Source: a virus. Taken from it: a DNA stretch of 54,321 bases. Position 1 is the first letter of the stretch, and every line of letters begins with the position of its first letter. The stretch lies in UHGV virus genome UHGV-0135730. One strand, given 5' to 3'. Below, piece by piece: positions 25,104 through 35,297 of the stretch. Under the pieces are notes generated by a model. That model was not told the origin of the DNA, made no database searches, and saw only the letters and a program-made list of their open reading frames with translations. The translations under genes and the position numbers were made by a program.

Positions 25104-28100
25104 TTATTCTTCGCTTCCTGTTAACTGCCGGACAAGCGCTTCAAGTTTTGCGATACGCTCATCCATTGCGGCAATGTTGGCGCGTAGGCTGGCGTTTTCC
25201 TCTTCCAGTTCGGTTACGCGGTTATCTGTTTCGCGTGCCACCTGGACAAGTAAACCAGTCACCGCCGCATAGTCAACATTGAGGTAACGAGTTTCCTCGC
25301 GTAGCTCGTTGCCGTCAGTGGTCGGGCCTTGTAACGCTTCACCGTAATGAGTAAATGATCCAACAGCTTCCGGCAGCGCCTCCATGACCTCCTGAGCGAT
25401 AACGCCAGCGTAAGGCAGGCCGTTTTCCTTAAGGGTATAAGTGTACCCGTTCATTTTACGGATTGCTTCGGTAGCGTCACCTATAACCTGAATGTTGTCT
25501 TTAAGATCGCGGTCTGATGTTTGGGTAACTGTTGTGCATGTAATACTACCTCCTACCTGCAACTGGGCAGAACCATCTGAGAGGTATTTAGCCATAAACA
25601 GTGATTTCAATGATGTCTCACTACTGTTTGTATCAGCCGCTATGACTTCATAATACAACGGGACAGATTTATCACCCCACGATACTATTTTGGCGTTCAC
25701 TGTCGATGATGCGGAACACTGATGTTTCATGAAACGTGTGTGCGTGCTATCAAAGACATAATGAACAGTAAAATGATTGTCTCCTGTCCATAAGTTTTTT
25801 GTGTCAAGCGTAGCAAGTTGATGCCAGCCTTTATCAACTCCCGCCTCAAAACTTCTTGCATAGAATGATGAGTTTCGCCCGGCGAACTGGGTGGCATGTG
25901 TACCGCTAAATCCAACATGAAAACCGCCATATGTAACGTTGCTTTCAGGTGCATTAACATTACCCGCAATAGGCTTAAAATTGTTTAAGCTACCTGACTG
26001 CTGCGTGTTCCAGTCAGCGCCAGTTTCTGCAGCGTAACCTTTAGACGATCCTATCGTGCCATTTATAGTTAGCTTCGGCATCGTCATAGATATTTCTTCG
26101 CCGACGGTAATCCCGCTAAACAGACCTACGCGAGCACCACTACAAATATAATGGAGTCCTTCAGTTGTTGCGGAATAAAAACCACAACGCCCCATCCTGA
26201 AGTCAAACATAACCTGTAGGTTTTTATATGAACCTAAAGGATCTGATACACCCCACGGGATGATCGTTTCTGTATCTTTACCACTATTATATACAACCTG
26301 GGCGGTTGGTACTTGTACTGTTACGCCTACAGGCAAGCGCATTTTAACAGGGAATGCCCTTGCTTCAACAAAAACAAAGAGCAAGTTTTCTTTGTCTTTG
26401 CTGGAACTGCAGATAGAATGTAAAGCGATTTCTTTGTCGGTATAGCGATTATAAAAACCGTACCCGGCATCTTTTCTGTCACTCCACCCGCCAGTCCTTA
26501 TATACCCTGAAAAGGTGTTACAGTTCATTGGGTAACTACCAGCGCCAGACGCTGTAACAATATCGACCTGATAGCCAGTCAGGTAAGCGTTGTAATAATT
26601 GGCGTTTATAATTATAGGGTAATACTTCCCATCCTCAACGCCTTCCGGTGCTTCGATTGTCATCAACTCGCCACCGCCTATGGTTGGGATATTGAGATTT
26701 CTCCTTGTCTGTTGAGCGTTCTTAGCTTTGAAAGAGTCGGCTATAAATTCGCCGTTCGCGGTAAGGCTGGCGTATTTGCTCACGCCGCCAGTTCTCAAAT
26801 GCATTGTTAGCTGATCAGGCTCAGTAAGATGCGTTTCTGGATACACAGCACCATAAACACGCTCCGTTCCTGTTGTACCAACCAAAGCGCTAGATAAAAG
26901 ACCACCAGCAACCCACCCGGTAGTTACGTCAGTAGCCCTTTTTAGTGAAACATTAAGGAACTGCGGGCTATTTGAAGACCCGACGCCGAGGTTTGCCCTT
27001 GCTGTCTCTGCATTTGTTGCACCAGTACCACCCTGAGCAACGGCGAGCGGGATCCATTTTTTCTGCGTGTCGCTGTAACAACCCCATAATGAGGCTGATA
27101 AACCCATGCGCATAGAGTTGTCAGCGTTATATATCCACGTCTCGCTTCCCCACTCATCAACCCTTTCTGTTACTACAATTTTCTTCCATGCGCTCCAACC
27201 TTCCCCGTTAAACACCCTTCTATAGCTGGTTTTTACATCGTTAAACACATAATAGGTCTGGATGCACCCCTTAGCGTCACCCGCGCCAGTTTTTTGCACT
27301 AACAGTGATCCCGCAACCTGTTTAGGGTAATTTAACTCAGGTTTTGCGTTTGCTGATAAATATTGATGATAAAAGCCTGCCGAGTCTCCTTTTAAATCAT
27401 CAAGATTCTGAGTCGAACTAAGGGAAGATTTTGCATCATGCATAACCATTAGGTTATTTCTGGCTTCTGCTGCGTTTCCTGCACCAGTACCGCCATACAT
27501 AATGCCTAACTTAATTGCCCCAGTTGTTGAATAAGCACCCCACCCAGTGTTATTAACGAAGATATAATTTTTCTTGTCCCCGTCCCATAACTGACTTTCT
27601 TTTGAGGAACCAGCACTTTGAAGTAAGCGATCCACTTCATCCTTGCGTGCGTGGCGTGTCCAGTTCGCGCCTGATGATGCAATCCATGTATAGGTATAAA
27701 GTGATCGCGTAGACCAGCCGACAAAGACGCCTGTATATGAAGGCGTTGTGTCTCGTTGACAGATAAATCCACTCAAAAATGATTCACCAGCCGCCACGGA
27801 AGGAAAACCCTTAGTCGTTTCCTTTATGCGCAAAAATCCAACGTAAGAAGACGGATTGCCTGATATATCGGTGCAATCTCGCGGCTCTGGCCCCAAGCCA
27901 ATATTGCTGCCATCTATTGCGCTGGATATTTCATCTTCCTTTTCCTGATAAAAACGAAGCGTTTCCGCTACATCCTGAGCAAGCCCATCAACTGAGATCG
28001 AGTCAGAAAGCAGAATGCTAAATTTTGTCCCGGCAGCGATTGCAGGGCTAGCCGCTGGCGTTACTGACAGTTCAGTACCGCTCTTGATTTCAGTAATGGT

Positions 28101-28235
28101 AAAGATCTGGATAGGGTTGCTAATAGCAATAAGCGTGCAACCTACACGAATGAGAGAAAGCGGCGCGGAGAAGTTTGTGCCCGTGCCTTTAACAGTGTTG
28201 CCGTTGATGGCAATTGTTCCAGTTGTGTAAATCAT
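25104..28235 (-). CDS. Side tail fibre with C-terminal intramolecular chaperone (S74-like) domain
   Basis: 1043 aa; C-terminal TSDRDLKDNIQVIGDATEAIRKMNGYTY...coiled coil resembles self-cleaving chaperone domains of tail fibres/tailspikes. Confidence 0.75.
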   Translation of the reverse strand: MIYTTGTIAINGNTVKGTGTNFSAPLSLIRVGCTLIAISNPIQIFTITEIKSGTELSVTPAASPAIAAGTKFSILLSDSISVDGLAQDVAETLRFYQEKEDEISSAIDGSNIGLGPEPRDCTDISGNPSSYVGFLRIKETTKGFPSVAAGESFLSGFICQRDTTPSYTGVFVGWSTRSLYTYTWIASSGANWTRHARKDEVDRLLQSAGSSKESQLWDGDKKNYIFVNNTGWGAYSTTGAIKLGIMYGGTGAGNAAEARNNLMVMHDAKSSLSSTQNLDDLKGDSAGFYHQYLSANAKPELNYPKQVAGSLLVQKTGAGDAKGCIQTYYVFNDVKTSYRRVFNGEGWSAWKKIVVTERVDEWGSETWIYNADNSMRMGLSASLWGCYSDTQKKWIPLAVAQGGTGATNAETARANLGVGSSNSPQFLNVSLKRATDVTTGWVAGGLLSSALVGTTGTERVYGAVYPETHLTEPDQLTMHLRTGGVSKYASLTANGEFIADSFKAKNAQQTRRNLNIPTIGGGELMTIEAPEGVEDGKYYPIIINANYYNAYLTGYQVDIVTASGAGSYPMNCNTFSGYIRTGGWSDRKDAGYGFYNRYTDKEIALHSICSSSKDKENLLFVFVEARAFPVKMRLPVGVTVQVPTAQVVYNSGKDTETIIPWGVSDPLGSYKNLQVMFDFRMGRCGFYSATTEGLHYICSGARVGLFSGITVGEEISMTMPKLTINGTIGSSKGYAAETGADWNTQQSGSLNNFKPIAGNVNAPESNVTYGGFHVGFSGTHATQFAGRNSSFYARSFEAGVDKGWHQLATLDTKNLWTGDNHFTVHYVFDSTHTRFMKHQCSASSTVNAKIVSWGDKSVPLYYEVIAADTNSSETSLKSLFMAKYLSDGSAQLQVGGSITCTTVTQTSDRDLKDNIQVIGDATEAIRKMNGYTYTLKENGLPYAGVIAQEVMEALPEAVGSFTHYGEALQGPTTDGNELREETRYLNVDYAAVTGLLVQVARETDNRVTELEEENASLRANIAAMDERIAKLEALVRQLTGSEE

Positions 28236-28412
28236 CGCAATGACTCCATAATGTTAATTAACGGAATAATTCTACCATTTTGTGATCTGTGTTGCATTTT
28301 CTGCTTACACAAAATGTATTTGTTGATTTTTATCAATATACGAAATGTGGTTTTGTCGGATATTTAAGTCACCGGATGAACCGGACGAACCAACAAGAGC
28401 GAGGATTCAAAG

Positions 28413-28661
28413 ATGAAAAACGTATTCAAAGTGGTTTTGTTCGCTGCGGCTGTAGCTCTTACTGGTTGTGCTGTTGACAAAGAGGCTGCATTGCATAACC
28501 TGCCGAACAGCGGAGTGATTCCACAGGATGTTGTCTATGATGGTAGCGGTCATCTTGTCTATGACACTGAAAAGCTACCGTATACTGGGCAATGGTGTCA
28601 TGAACTCGATCACAACATGCGCCGCATCGGTAGCCCGTCAAACTGTGTAGCTAACTACTAA
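28413..28661 (+). CDS. Small lipoprotein (opposite-strand cargo between fibre genes)
   Basis: Signal peptide with lipobox LTGC (MKNVFKVVLFAAAVALTGCA); own terminator. Confidence 0.65.
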   Translation: MKNVFKVVLFAAAVALTGCAVDKEAALHNLPNSGVIPQDVVYDGSGHLVYDTEKLPYTGQWCHELDHNMRRIGSPSNCVANY

Positions 28662-28666
28662 AAGAA

Positions 28667-28694
28667 AACCCCGCGCGAAGCGGGGTTGTTTTTT
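28667..28694. terminator. Bidirectional rho-independent terminator
   Basis: Hairpin CCCCGC-GCGAA-GCGGGG flanked by A-run and T-run. Confidence 0.7.
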
Positions 28695-31600
28695 AACCTG
28701 AGAATGTACCAGAACCGCGCGACACAATGACAGTCGGCGAGTTTATATATGCCCCCTTACTATTTTGAGCGGATACACTAATTATCACTGTAACGCTCCT
28801 GTTAGCTACTGATGCTGCGTGCATAACAAGGCGCTCTTCGCCAGTCATAGAAAGTTGTTTCTGCGAACCGCTGATGTTTATCGTACATCCGCCGAAGCCC
28901 TTAACGTTTGCTATGACACAAACATGTCGGGCGTATGCTGCGTCTGTTGTATCGTAGTACTGAATTGTTTTTTGCAATACGCCATTTTGTAACCTGCTAA
29001 CGTCAGATCCCGTATACATGTTCGCAACGTCACCGATAAATGTCTTCGCTTCCAGTTGTCCTGAGAATTTACCGTTGGTTGCGTACACTGTACCGTTAAA
29101 CACCCCATCATTAGCGTATACCGTGCCCCTTATTGTTGCCTGGTTAAATACTGCTGCACCGTTTTTGTTTATCGCCCAGCCTGTACCGTTTTCCCAGCTG
29201 TAATTACTGGATTGTATTTGCTGAGCTATTTTTGCAGTAGTGATCGATGCGTCTTTAATAAACGCTTCTTTCACATACATTGCACCGTTAGACACATAGA
29301 ATGGCGTTGTATATGTGCCGTTTGCAGCCGTCATCAACACGAAGCGGTCAACAAGGAAGATACACTGCGATTGGACGTTAGTACCGTTGCCAGTCAGCCC
29401 AAGCGACATACCTGTCGCATACTTCATGCCGTTGTTGTCGGTTGCCAGCTTGATGGAATACGTCGCATCGACATTACCTTTGAAGTCGGTTAACGCTTTC
29501 GAAGTAGTCTGTATAGCTGTTGTGTTCCCGTTAACGGTCACTGTTAGCTGATCGATTTTGCTTGATAATGCCTCGTCAGCCGTTGCCATTGTCTGTGACC
29601 ATTCTGTAATACTTGAGTTTACAGAATCGAAAGACGCTGAGATCTGGCCGAATTTTTCCGCGCTTGATGCCTCATGCGTAGAAAGCGCCGTTGATACCTC
29701 AGACACCTTCGAGTTAATCGTACTGGTAAGCGATGAGTTAAGGTTACTTATCGCGTCAGTGCGTGCCTTCGTTTCGTCAGCGACGGCCTTGTCGAGACGG
29801 TTAACGTTGCTTGTCACTTTGCCATCAAGGGTTGAAATTGATGCGTTCACGCCAGTGATGGCTTGTGCTCTGGCGCTGGACTCGTCAGCAATCGCCTGGT
29901 CCAGTCTGCTAACCTCGGATTCAGTGTTGCTTTCGAGGGTGTTAATGCTCGCATTCACTCCACTGATAGCTTCTGTTCTTGCGCTGGTTTCGTTGGCAAT
30001 AGCCTGATCTAAACGTTTAACGCTGGCGTCGGTTTTCTTGTCGAGCGCTGAAATGCTTGCGTTAACGTTGCTCACCGCCTGGCTGCGTGCGTTGGTTTCG
30101 TCAGCGATAGCCTTATCGAGACGTGAAACGCTGGCATCGGTTTTCTTATCAAGATCCGTGATCGATGCTTTTACCACGCCGATTGCTTCGGCTGTAGCTT
30201 TTTTCTCTTCAGCGATAACACTGTCAATACGATCAATCTGCGCGCTTGTTTCCTTGCGACCTTTCTTGTACTGGGCCGTAAGCGTAACACGCGTGTTGGT
30301 TTGAGCGATTGAGTTGTTAATCAGAGCAATAGATGCGTTTTGCAGGCTTGCTTTGGTCTGGCTTATTTCGTCGCTGTTCTTGTCAACGTTATTTTCAACC
30401 TTGCCAAGCTCGGCGCTGATTCCAGATATAGCCTGAGCACGGGCGCTTGATTCGTCAGCAATAGCCTGGTCTAAGCGTTTTACGCTGGCGTTTGTGTTAC
30501 TTTCGAGCGTTGTTAAATCAGCTTTAACCTCTGTTATTGCGTCGCTTCTTGCCTGCGTTTCATCTGCTATTGCTTTATCGAGTCTGGAAACGCTGGCGTC
30601 TGTTTTGCTTTCAAGGTTGCTTATTGATGCTTTCACATCGCTCACAGCCTGGGCGCGGGCGCTGACCTCGTCAGCAATAGACTGGTCAAGGCGTTTAACT
30701 GCCGAATTGGTGTTACCTTCAAGCGTGTCAATACTTGCTTTGACACTACTGATAGCTTCAGTTCTTGCACTGGTTTCGTCTGCTATTGCTTGATCCAGGC
30801 GTTTAACGCTGGCGTCGGTTTTCTTGTCAAGCGCTGAAATGCTTGCGTTAACGTCACTGACTGCCTGTGTGCGGGCGTTCGTTTCGTCTGCAATAGCCTG
30901 ATCAAGTCTATTGACGCTGGCATCGGTTTTCTTGTCGAGATTGCTTATTGATGCGTTCACGCCGTTAATTGCTTCGGCGCGGGCACTGGTTTCGTCAGCT
31001 ACTGCGCGTTCCACGCTGGAGATCTGACCCTTGAGGTTGGAATCCATCGTGTTCATTTCTGCCGTGATGGTTTTCAGAGATTCAGCCGTGGCCTGTTTCT
31101 CATCAGCAATAACGTTGTCAATGCGGTCAATTTCAGCCTTCGTCTCTGTCCTGCCTTTCTTGTACTGTGCAGTGAGAGTAACCCGCGTGTTGGTCTGAGC
31201 AAGGGAGTTGTTGATAAGTGCCAACGACGCGTTTTGCAGGCTTGCTTTTGCTTGCGCCAGTTCACTGCCAACTTTTTCGCTGGATACCTCCAGAGAGTCT
31301 ATTCTTGCCTCATGCTGTCCAATATCGTCGGCGTTTTCCCCAACCTTTTTGTAAAGATCTTCCGTCTCTTTTTTCAGTGTGTCCGTGTCAGCTTTTATGG
31401 CCCCTGTTTCTGTGATTAGGCCGTCCGTATCAGTCCTCAATTCGTCAGTGATGTTTGTCAGGTTGTCAGTGTCAACCCTTAAATCGTCAGTGATGTTTGT
31501 CAGGTTATCAGTTGCAGTTTTGAGGCTGTCAGTAGCGTCTTTAAGGTCATTTGTAGCGCTTTCGATAAGGTCGGCGCGGTTGCCAAGATCTTCAATATCG

Positions 31601-34077
31601 CTAATCATGCCCTTGAACTGCTCTGACCCCATGACGTCCTTCATCACGTAGTCGCTGATTTCGTCAAAGTTTTCAGTCGGTTTACCTGATGCCTCAACGA
31701 AGTCTGACACACCGAAAGCGTTACGCGTGCGCACATAAACGTAATAGGTGTGGCCCGTGTTCATGCCGCCAAAAGTCCATTGGTAGCCGCGCCCGGTGAA
31801 TTGCGCCAGCGTGGTTACTTTTGACGGGTCTGTGATCTGATTCTCACCTGAGTAGTAAAACTCATATGCCGTATCAGTGGTCAGCGTTGTTTTGCTGATC
31901 GGGTAGACTGTTGCCTGGAAGACGCCCGGAATCCAGTTGACTCCAATCGGGGCCGCTGGCGCACCAATAACCAGGTCAACAATACTTTCCGCACCCTTCA
32001 TACCAGTGTCATTACGCCCGCGAATACCAAGCGTGTAGCTGCCAGCGTTGAGGCCATAGAAATCATAACGGTAATTCGTGGTTTCATAAGTTGCCACTAC
32101 ACGCCCATCTGCGTTATATACGCGGATTTCAAAGGTCAGGCGATGCGTTGTTGTCTGTGTTTCCCACGTTGCGCGGCATTGAACCGTCTCAGAACCAACA
32201 TTTAACACCCTCAGGTTTTCGATGTTCGGAACGCGGAAGTGATTAAGCGTGTCGTTGTTTACCTCGAAGATTGCACCTTCATCAACTACAGCCTGTTTAT
32301 GCGGATCGTGCTGTGCAGCCTCAATGGTGTACACGCTGTTATTTTCGGTTTCCGCTACACTGGTAATTCGGCACAGAACCGGTTTTGCAGATTCAGTAGA
32401 CACGGCGAATACGGTTCCGTTGCGGATCCATGCTGGCGCTGCCGCAAGGGTAATATTGTTTCCGTTAACCCCAGTGATCTGATGTTTTTTAAACTTGCCA
32501 TCGCTGTCCAGCAAGCTGATGGTGTCACCAGCCGCCACCAGGTCAGAATCAACCTTGTCTACAGTTATTACTTTCCCGTTATTCGCCACGATGCGACCGC
32601 CTAAACGAGCGCCTGCGCGGTTATTGTCGAGTATCTCGATAATATCCCCTGGGGTGAAGTGAATTGCGTCACGGGCCATTTTAAACGTGAATTTTGAGGG
32701 TTCGCGTTTTGCTGTTTCTATCAGCCATTTGCCTGCGCGGTACGCCTGCCCGCGTGATGTGCAACCAAAAGCCTCCAACGTGGTTTCGTTGTAACCATCG
32801 CGGGCGATCAGTTCATCATCTGCCACGTATTCTTTTGATTGTTCCCAACCGTTTTCCGGGTCAGTCCATGATACGATCACGGCGTTGTAAGATTCTGCGC
32901 GAGCGATACTTGAACGAGTGAACGCGCCATCAACGACGTTAGCATTCGTGATGGTGGCAATTGGATCCTGAGGCGCATCAATCATCACAGTAAGGCGCTG
33001 CCCGTCCCATAACGCGATACCACGGAACATGCCCGCAATGTTGTCCAGCAAGTCGCGTGCGCTCATTTGCTCAGTGATGTATGCGTTAAGCGTCATGCGT
33101 GGTTCAAGGCCACCGTAACCGTCGTTTACCAACTGGTCGCAGTATTGAGAAAGCGTATACAGTGCGCCGTCATCAACGTCGATGTAACCAGCGTGGCGGG
33201 CAAGCCCGAAGCGTTCATTTTTAACCAGATACCGGAAAAGCCATGCAGGGTTGTTGGTATATGCCTTTTTAAAGCCACCAAGCCATAAACCTGAATATGT
33301 GCGCGTTTCCGGGTCGTAGTTATCAGGCACGTCAACAATCAGACCGCGCATGTGATAGGTACGTGTCGGCGTGTCAGTATACTGATCGTGGTCAATTACC
33401 GCGCCTGCTACAGCGGTGTGAGGATAAGATAAATTATCGTCGATTATCTCGCTGTAACTGCTCCACCTGGTGTCATTGCGAAGTAGATCGCTTTTGCTGT
33501 CTGGCGTTATGCGACGAACGCGGATGTCAAACGGTTTTTCATCCGGTGCCTGGATGATATGCGCTTCCATGTACTCGCCGCTTTGCTTACCAGGGCCAAT
33601 GGTAATGCCTTTAACAATTGACCATGTTGTTGATGATGAAGGCTTAACGTCAACAGCCAACGTAACAGATGTGTTGTATTGATTGCCTTTATCATCTGAC
33701 TGAACCAGAGAATCGACACCAAGATTCAGCCTTACGCGGTTAACGTTTGGATCTGAAACGGTTCGGATTATTGGTGTATCGTAAGTCACTTTTGCGTTAA
33801 CAATAACGGTTGATTCAATGGCGTTGAATCCGTTGATTGGTGACTGGTCTGCCGTACCATTACGCCACGCCACGCTGACGCCGGGGACTGATGTATTACC
33901 GTTGGCGTCAGTGATTGGGCTGTCATTAAGCATTACGCTGTTTAATGGCGCTTTCTGGTTTACAGGTCCATAGATTGGGCCCTCGCTGAGAATGTCCAAA
34001 ACGCGATAGAACTGTTTATGGAACAGGTTATCGTTTAATAGTGTTGGTGTTTTGGCTTTGCCGCCGCCGCTACTCAT
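28693..34077 (-). CDS. Central tail fibre / host-specificity protein (lambda J-like) with inserted coiled-coil repeat region
   Basis: 1794 aa; N-terminus MSSGGGKAKTPTLLNDNLFHKQFYRVLDILSEGPIYGPV parallels lambda J; central 36-aa tandem repeats; J-like C-terminal domain. Confidence 0.8.
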   Translation of the reverse strand: MSSGGGKAKTPTLLNDNLFHKQFYRVLDILSEGPIYGPVNQKAPLNSVMLNDSPITDANGNTSVPGVSVAWRNGTADQSPINGFNAIESTVIVNAKVTYDTPIIRTVSDPNVNRVRLNLGVDSLVQSDDKGNQYNTSVTLAVDVKPSSSTTWSIVKGITIGPGKQSGEYMEAHIIQAPDEKPFDIRVRRITPDSKSDLLRNDTRWSSYSEIIDDNLSYPHTAVAGAVIDHDQYTDTPTRTYHMRGLIVDVPDNYDPETRTYSGLWLGGFKKAYTNNPAWLFRYLVKNERFGLARHAGYIDVDDGALYTLSQYCDQLVNDGYGGLEPRMTLNAYITEQMSARDLLDNIAGMFRGIALWDGQRLTVMIDAPQDPIATITNANVVDGAFTRSSIARAESYNAVIVSWTDPENGWEQSKEYVADDELIARDGYNETTLEAFGCTSRGQAYRAGKWLIETAKREPSKFTFKMARDAIHFTPGDIIEILDNNRAGARLGGRIVANNGKVITVDKVDSDLVAAGDTISLLDSDGKFKKHQITGVNGNNITLAAAPAWIRNGTVFAVSTESAKPVLCRITSVAETENNSVYTIEAAQHDPHKQAVVDEGAIFEVNNDTLNHFRVPNIENLRVLNVGSETVQCRATWETQTTTHRLTFEIRVYNADGRVVATYETTNYRYDFYGLNAGSYTLGIRGRNDTGMKGAESIVDLVIGAPAAPIGVNWIPGVFQATVYPISKTTLTTDTAYEFYYSGENQITDPSKVTTLAQFTGRGYQWTFGGMNTGHTYYVYVRTRNAFGVSDFVEASGKPTENFDEISDYVMKDVMGSEQFKGMISDIEDLGNRADLIESATNDLKDATDSLKTATDNLTNITDDLRVDTDNLTNITDELRTDTDGLITETGAIKADTDTLKKETEDLYKKVGENADDIGQHEARIDSLEVSSEKVGSELAQAKASLQNASLALINNSLAQTNTRVTLTAQYKKGRTETKAEIDRIDNVIADEKQATAESLKTITAEMNTMDSNLKGQISSVERAVADETSARAEAINGVNASISNLDKKTDASVNRLDQAIADETNARTQAVSDVNASISALDKKTDASVKRLDQAIADETSARTEAISSVKASIDTLEGNTNSAVKRLDQSIADEVSARAQAVSDVKASISNLESKTDASVSRLDKAIADETQARSDAITEVKADLTTLESNTNASVKRLDQAIADESSARAQAISGISAELGKVENNVDKNSDEISQTKASLQNASIALINNSIAQTNTRVTLTAQYKKGRKETSAQIDRIDSVIAEEKKATAEAIGVVKASITDLDKKTDASVSRLDKAIADETNARSQAVSNVNASISALDKKTDASVKRLDQAIANETSARTEAISGVNASINTLESNTESEVSRLDQAIADESSARAQAITGVNASISTLDGKVTSNVNRLDKAVADETKARTDAISNLNSSLTSTINSKVSEVSTALSTHEASSAEKFGQISASFDSVNSSITEWSQTMATADEALSSKIDQLTVTVNGNTTAIQTTSKALTDFKGNVDATYSIKLATDNNGMKYATGMSLGLTGNGTNVQSQCIFLVDRFVLMTAANGTYTTPFYVSNGAMYVKEAFIKDASITTAKIAQQIQSSNYSWENGTGWAINKNGAAVFNQATIRGTVYANDGVFNGTVYATNGKFSGQLEAKTFIGDVANMYTGSDVSRLQNGVLQKTIQYYDTTDAAYARHVCVIANVKGFGGCTINISGSQKQLSMTGEERLVMHAASVANRSVTVIISVSAQNSKGAYINSPTVIVSRGSGTFSG
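29560..31560. repeat. In-frame tandem repeats within J-like gene (about 108-bp units plus a higher-order duplication)
   Basis: Repeated units encoding ...KKTDASVKRLDQAIADETSARTEAISGVNASI...; duplicated block encoding LTAQYKKGR... at about 30260 and 31160. Confidence 0.75.
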
Positions 34078-34090
34078 GGTTTTTCTCCTG

Positions 34091-34621
34091 TTAACTTACA
34101 ACGTCAAGGGCGTCTCTGTTGTTACTTGTGTCTATGCCTAACGACCCGACATTTGAACCTATTTTCATTTCACCCAACAGGATCGGCACTGGTCTACCCT
34201 GGCCTACCTTGTTTTCAACGCTGGTGTATGTGTTGTTAGATATGGTGTTATCTTGTGCGCTTTCTGCTGATGTTTTTATCTTCATGTTGCGTGACATAAA
34301 GATCGAGAATGCAACGCTAACAACCGAAACACCAATCAAAATCCAGCCTACAACGCCAATCCCCGCAATACCACCTTCCACAACTGGTGCAACAATGACT
34401 GTGGTTCCGTCCGGGTATTTACTGTTAACCGCTGCGGGCGCGGTCTTTTCGTCATAATCTTTCCCGGCAATCCTCAGGCGCAAAGGGGTATTTAAAAACG
34501 CCTTCTTGAACTCATGATTCTGCGCAACCAATAAGTTAAGACCTTGCGCTGGCGTATCAACGTTCAAACACACCTTGCCGTAATATCTTCGAAGATTGCC
34601 CGTAAATCTAAACTTGAGCAT
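34091..34621 (-). CDS. Tail assembly protein I-like
   Basis: 176 aa, position between K and J, hydrophobic central segment. Confidence 0.6.
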   Translation of the reverse strand: MLKFRFTGNLRRYYGKVCLNVDTPAQGLNLLVAQNHEFKKAFLNTPLRLRIAGKDYDEKTAPAAVNSKYPDGTTVIVAPVVEGGIAGIGVVGWILIGVSVVSVAFSIFMSRNMKIKTSAESAQDNTISNNTYTSVENKVGQGRPVPILLGEMKIGSNVGSLGIDTSNNRDALDVVS

Positions 34622-35295
34622 TTGTCAGATCTCCATATTGAATTGGTCTGTCGAACATACGCGGGCCGCATTTGCTCGCGGCGGCTTAACAGTCCGGCAT
34701 TGTCATGATGCAAAACAGTGTTATCGCCCAGGTAAATCATCGCGTGGCATGGGTCAGCGCCTTTAAACGGCTGGCGGATAATCACGTCACCGGGCTGAAT
34801 GCTTTGCGCGTCAACCATGAAAAACCCGTTCAATGGCAGGTTCTTTATGTACAGGTTTTCCCCACGCAGCCACCACCCGTCGTGGCGTTCAAAGTCAGGC
34901 AGATCCACGCCGCATAGGTGATAGGCGTCACGGAAAAGCGAATAACAGTCTGTTTTCCCGTGCTCAAATTTACGGCCTAACAGGTGCGCCACTGGGCGGA
35001 ATTTTCTCACCCTGCCACCGGAGCACAAAAACCACGGCAGGCCGGAAATAACCTGCTGTTGTCGATCCCGCGCTGACAACACCAATGAATCATTAGTATG
35101 TGAGTGGAAAACAGCTGTTATAACGCCCAATTCGTCAGCTTTGATATAATCGTCAGGAGAGATTTTAAAACTGTTGTGCGGCGTTTCAGACACGTTAGCG
35201 CACGGGTAAAAATAATCGTTATCTATCACCAGCCCGCACACTTCCTCGCGCGGGTGGGCTGCCGCATAGCGAATCATTTTATCTTCAAGTGCCAT
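34564..35295 (-). CDS. Tail assembly protein K-like (MPN/JAMM plus NlpC/P60)
   Basis: HSHT JAMM-like motif (FHSHTNDS) and C-terminal Cys/His peptidase-like region; start at MALEDK. Confidence 0.7.
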   Translation of the reverse strand: MALEDKMIRYAAAHPREEVCGLVIDNDYFYPCANVSETPHNSFKISPDDYIKADELGVITAVFHSHTNDSLVLSARDRQQQVISGLPWFLCSGGRVRKFRPVAHLLGRKFEHGKTDCYSLFRDAYHLCGVDLPDFERHDGWWLRGENLYIKNLPLNGFFMVDAQSIQPGDVIIRQPFKGADPCHAMIYLGDNTVLHHDNAGLLSRREQMRPAYVRQTNSIWRSDKCSSLDLRAIFEDITARCV

Positions 35296-35297
35296 AA

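Noticed and set aside
29018-31651. Many plus-strand ORFs antisense to the J repeat region; repeat array considered as a possible CRISPR array
   Set aside because: The repeats are in-frame coding repeats of the J-like protein (108-bp units, no unique spacers); the antisense ORFs are Ala/Ser/Leu-rich artefacts of the repeat.
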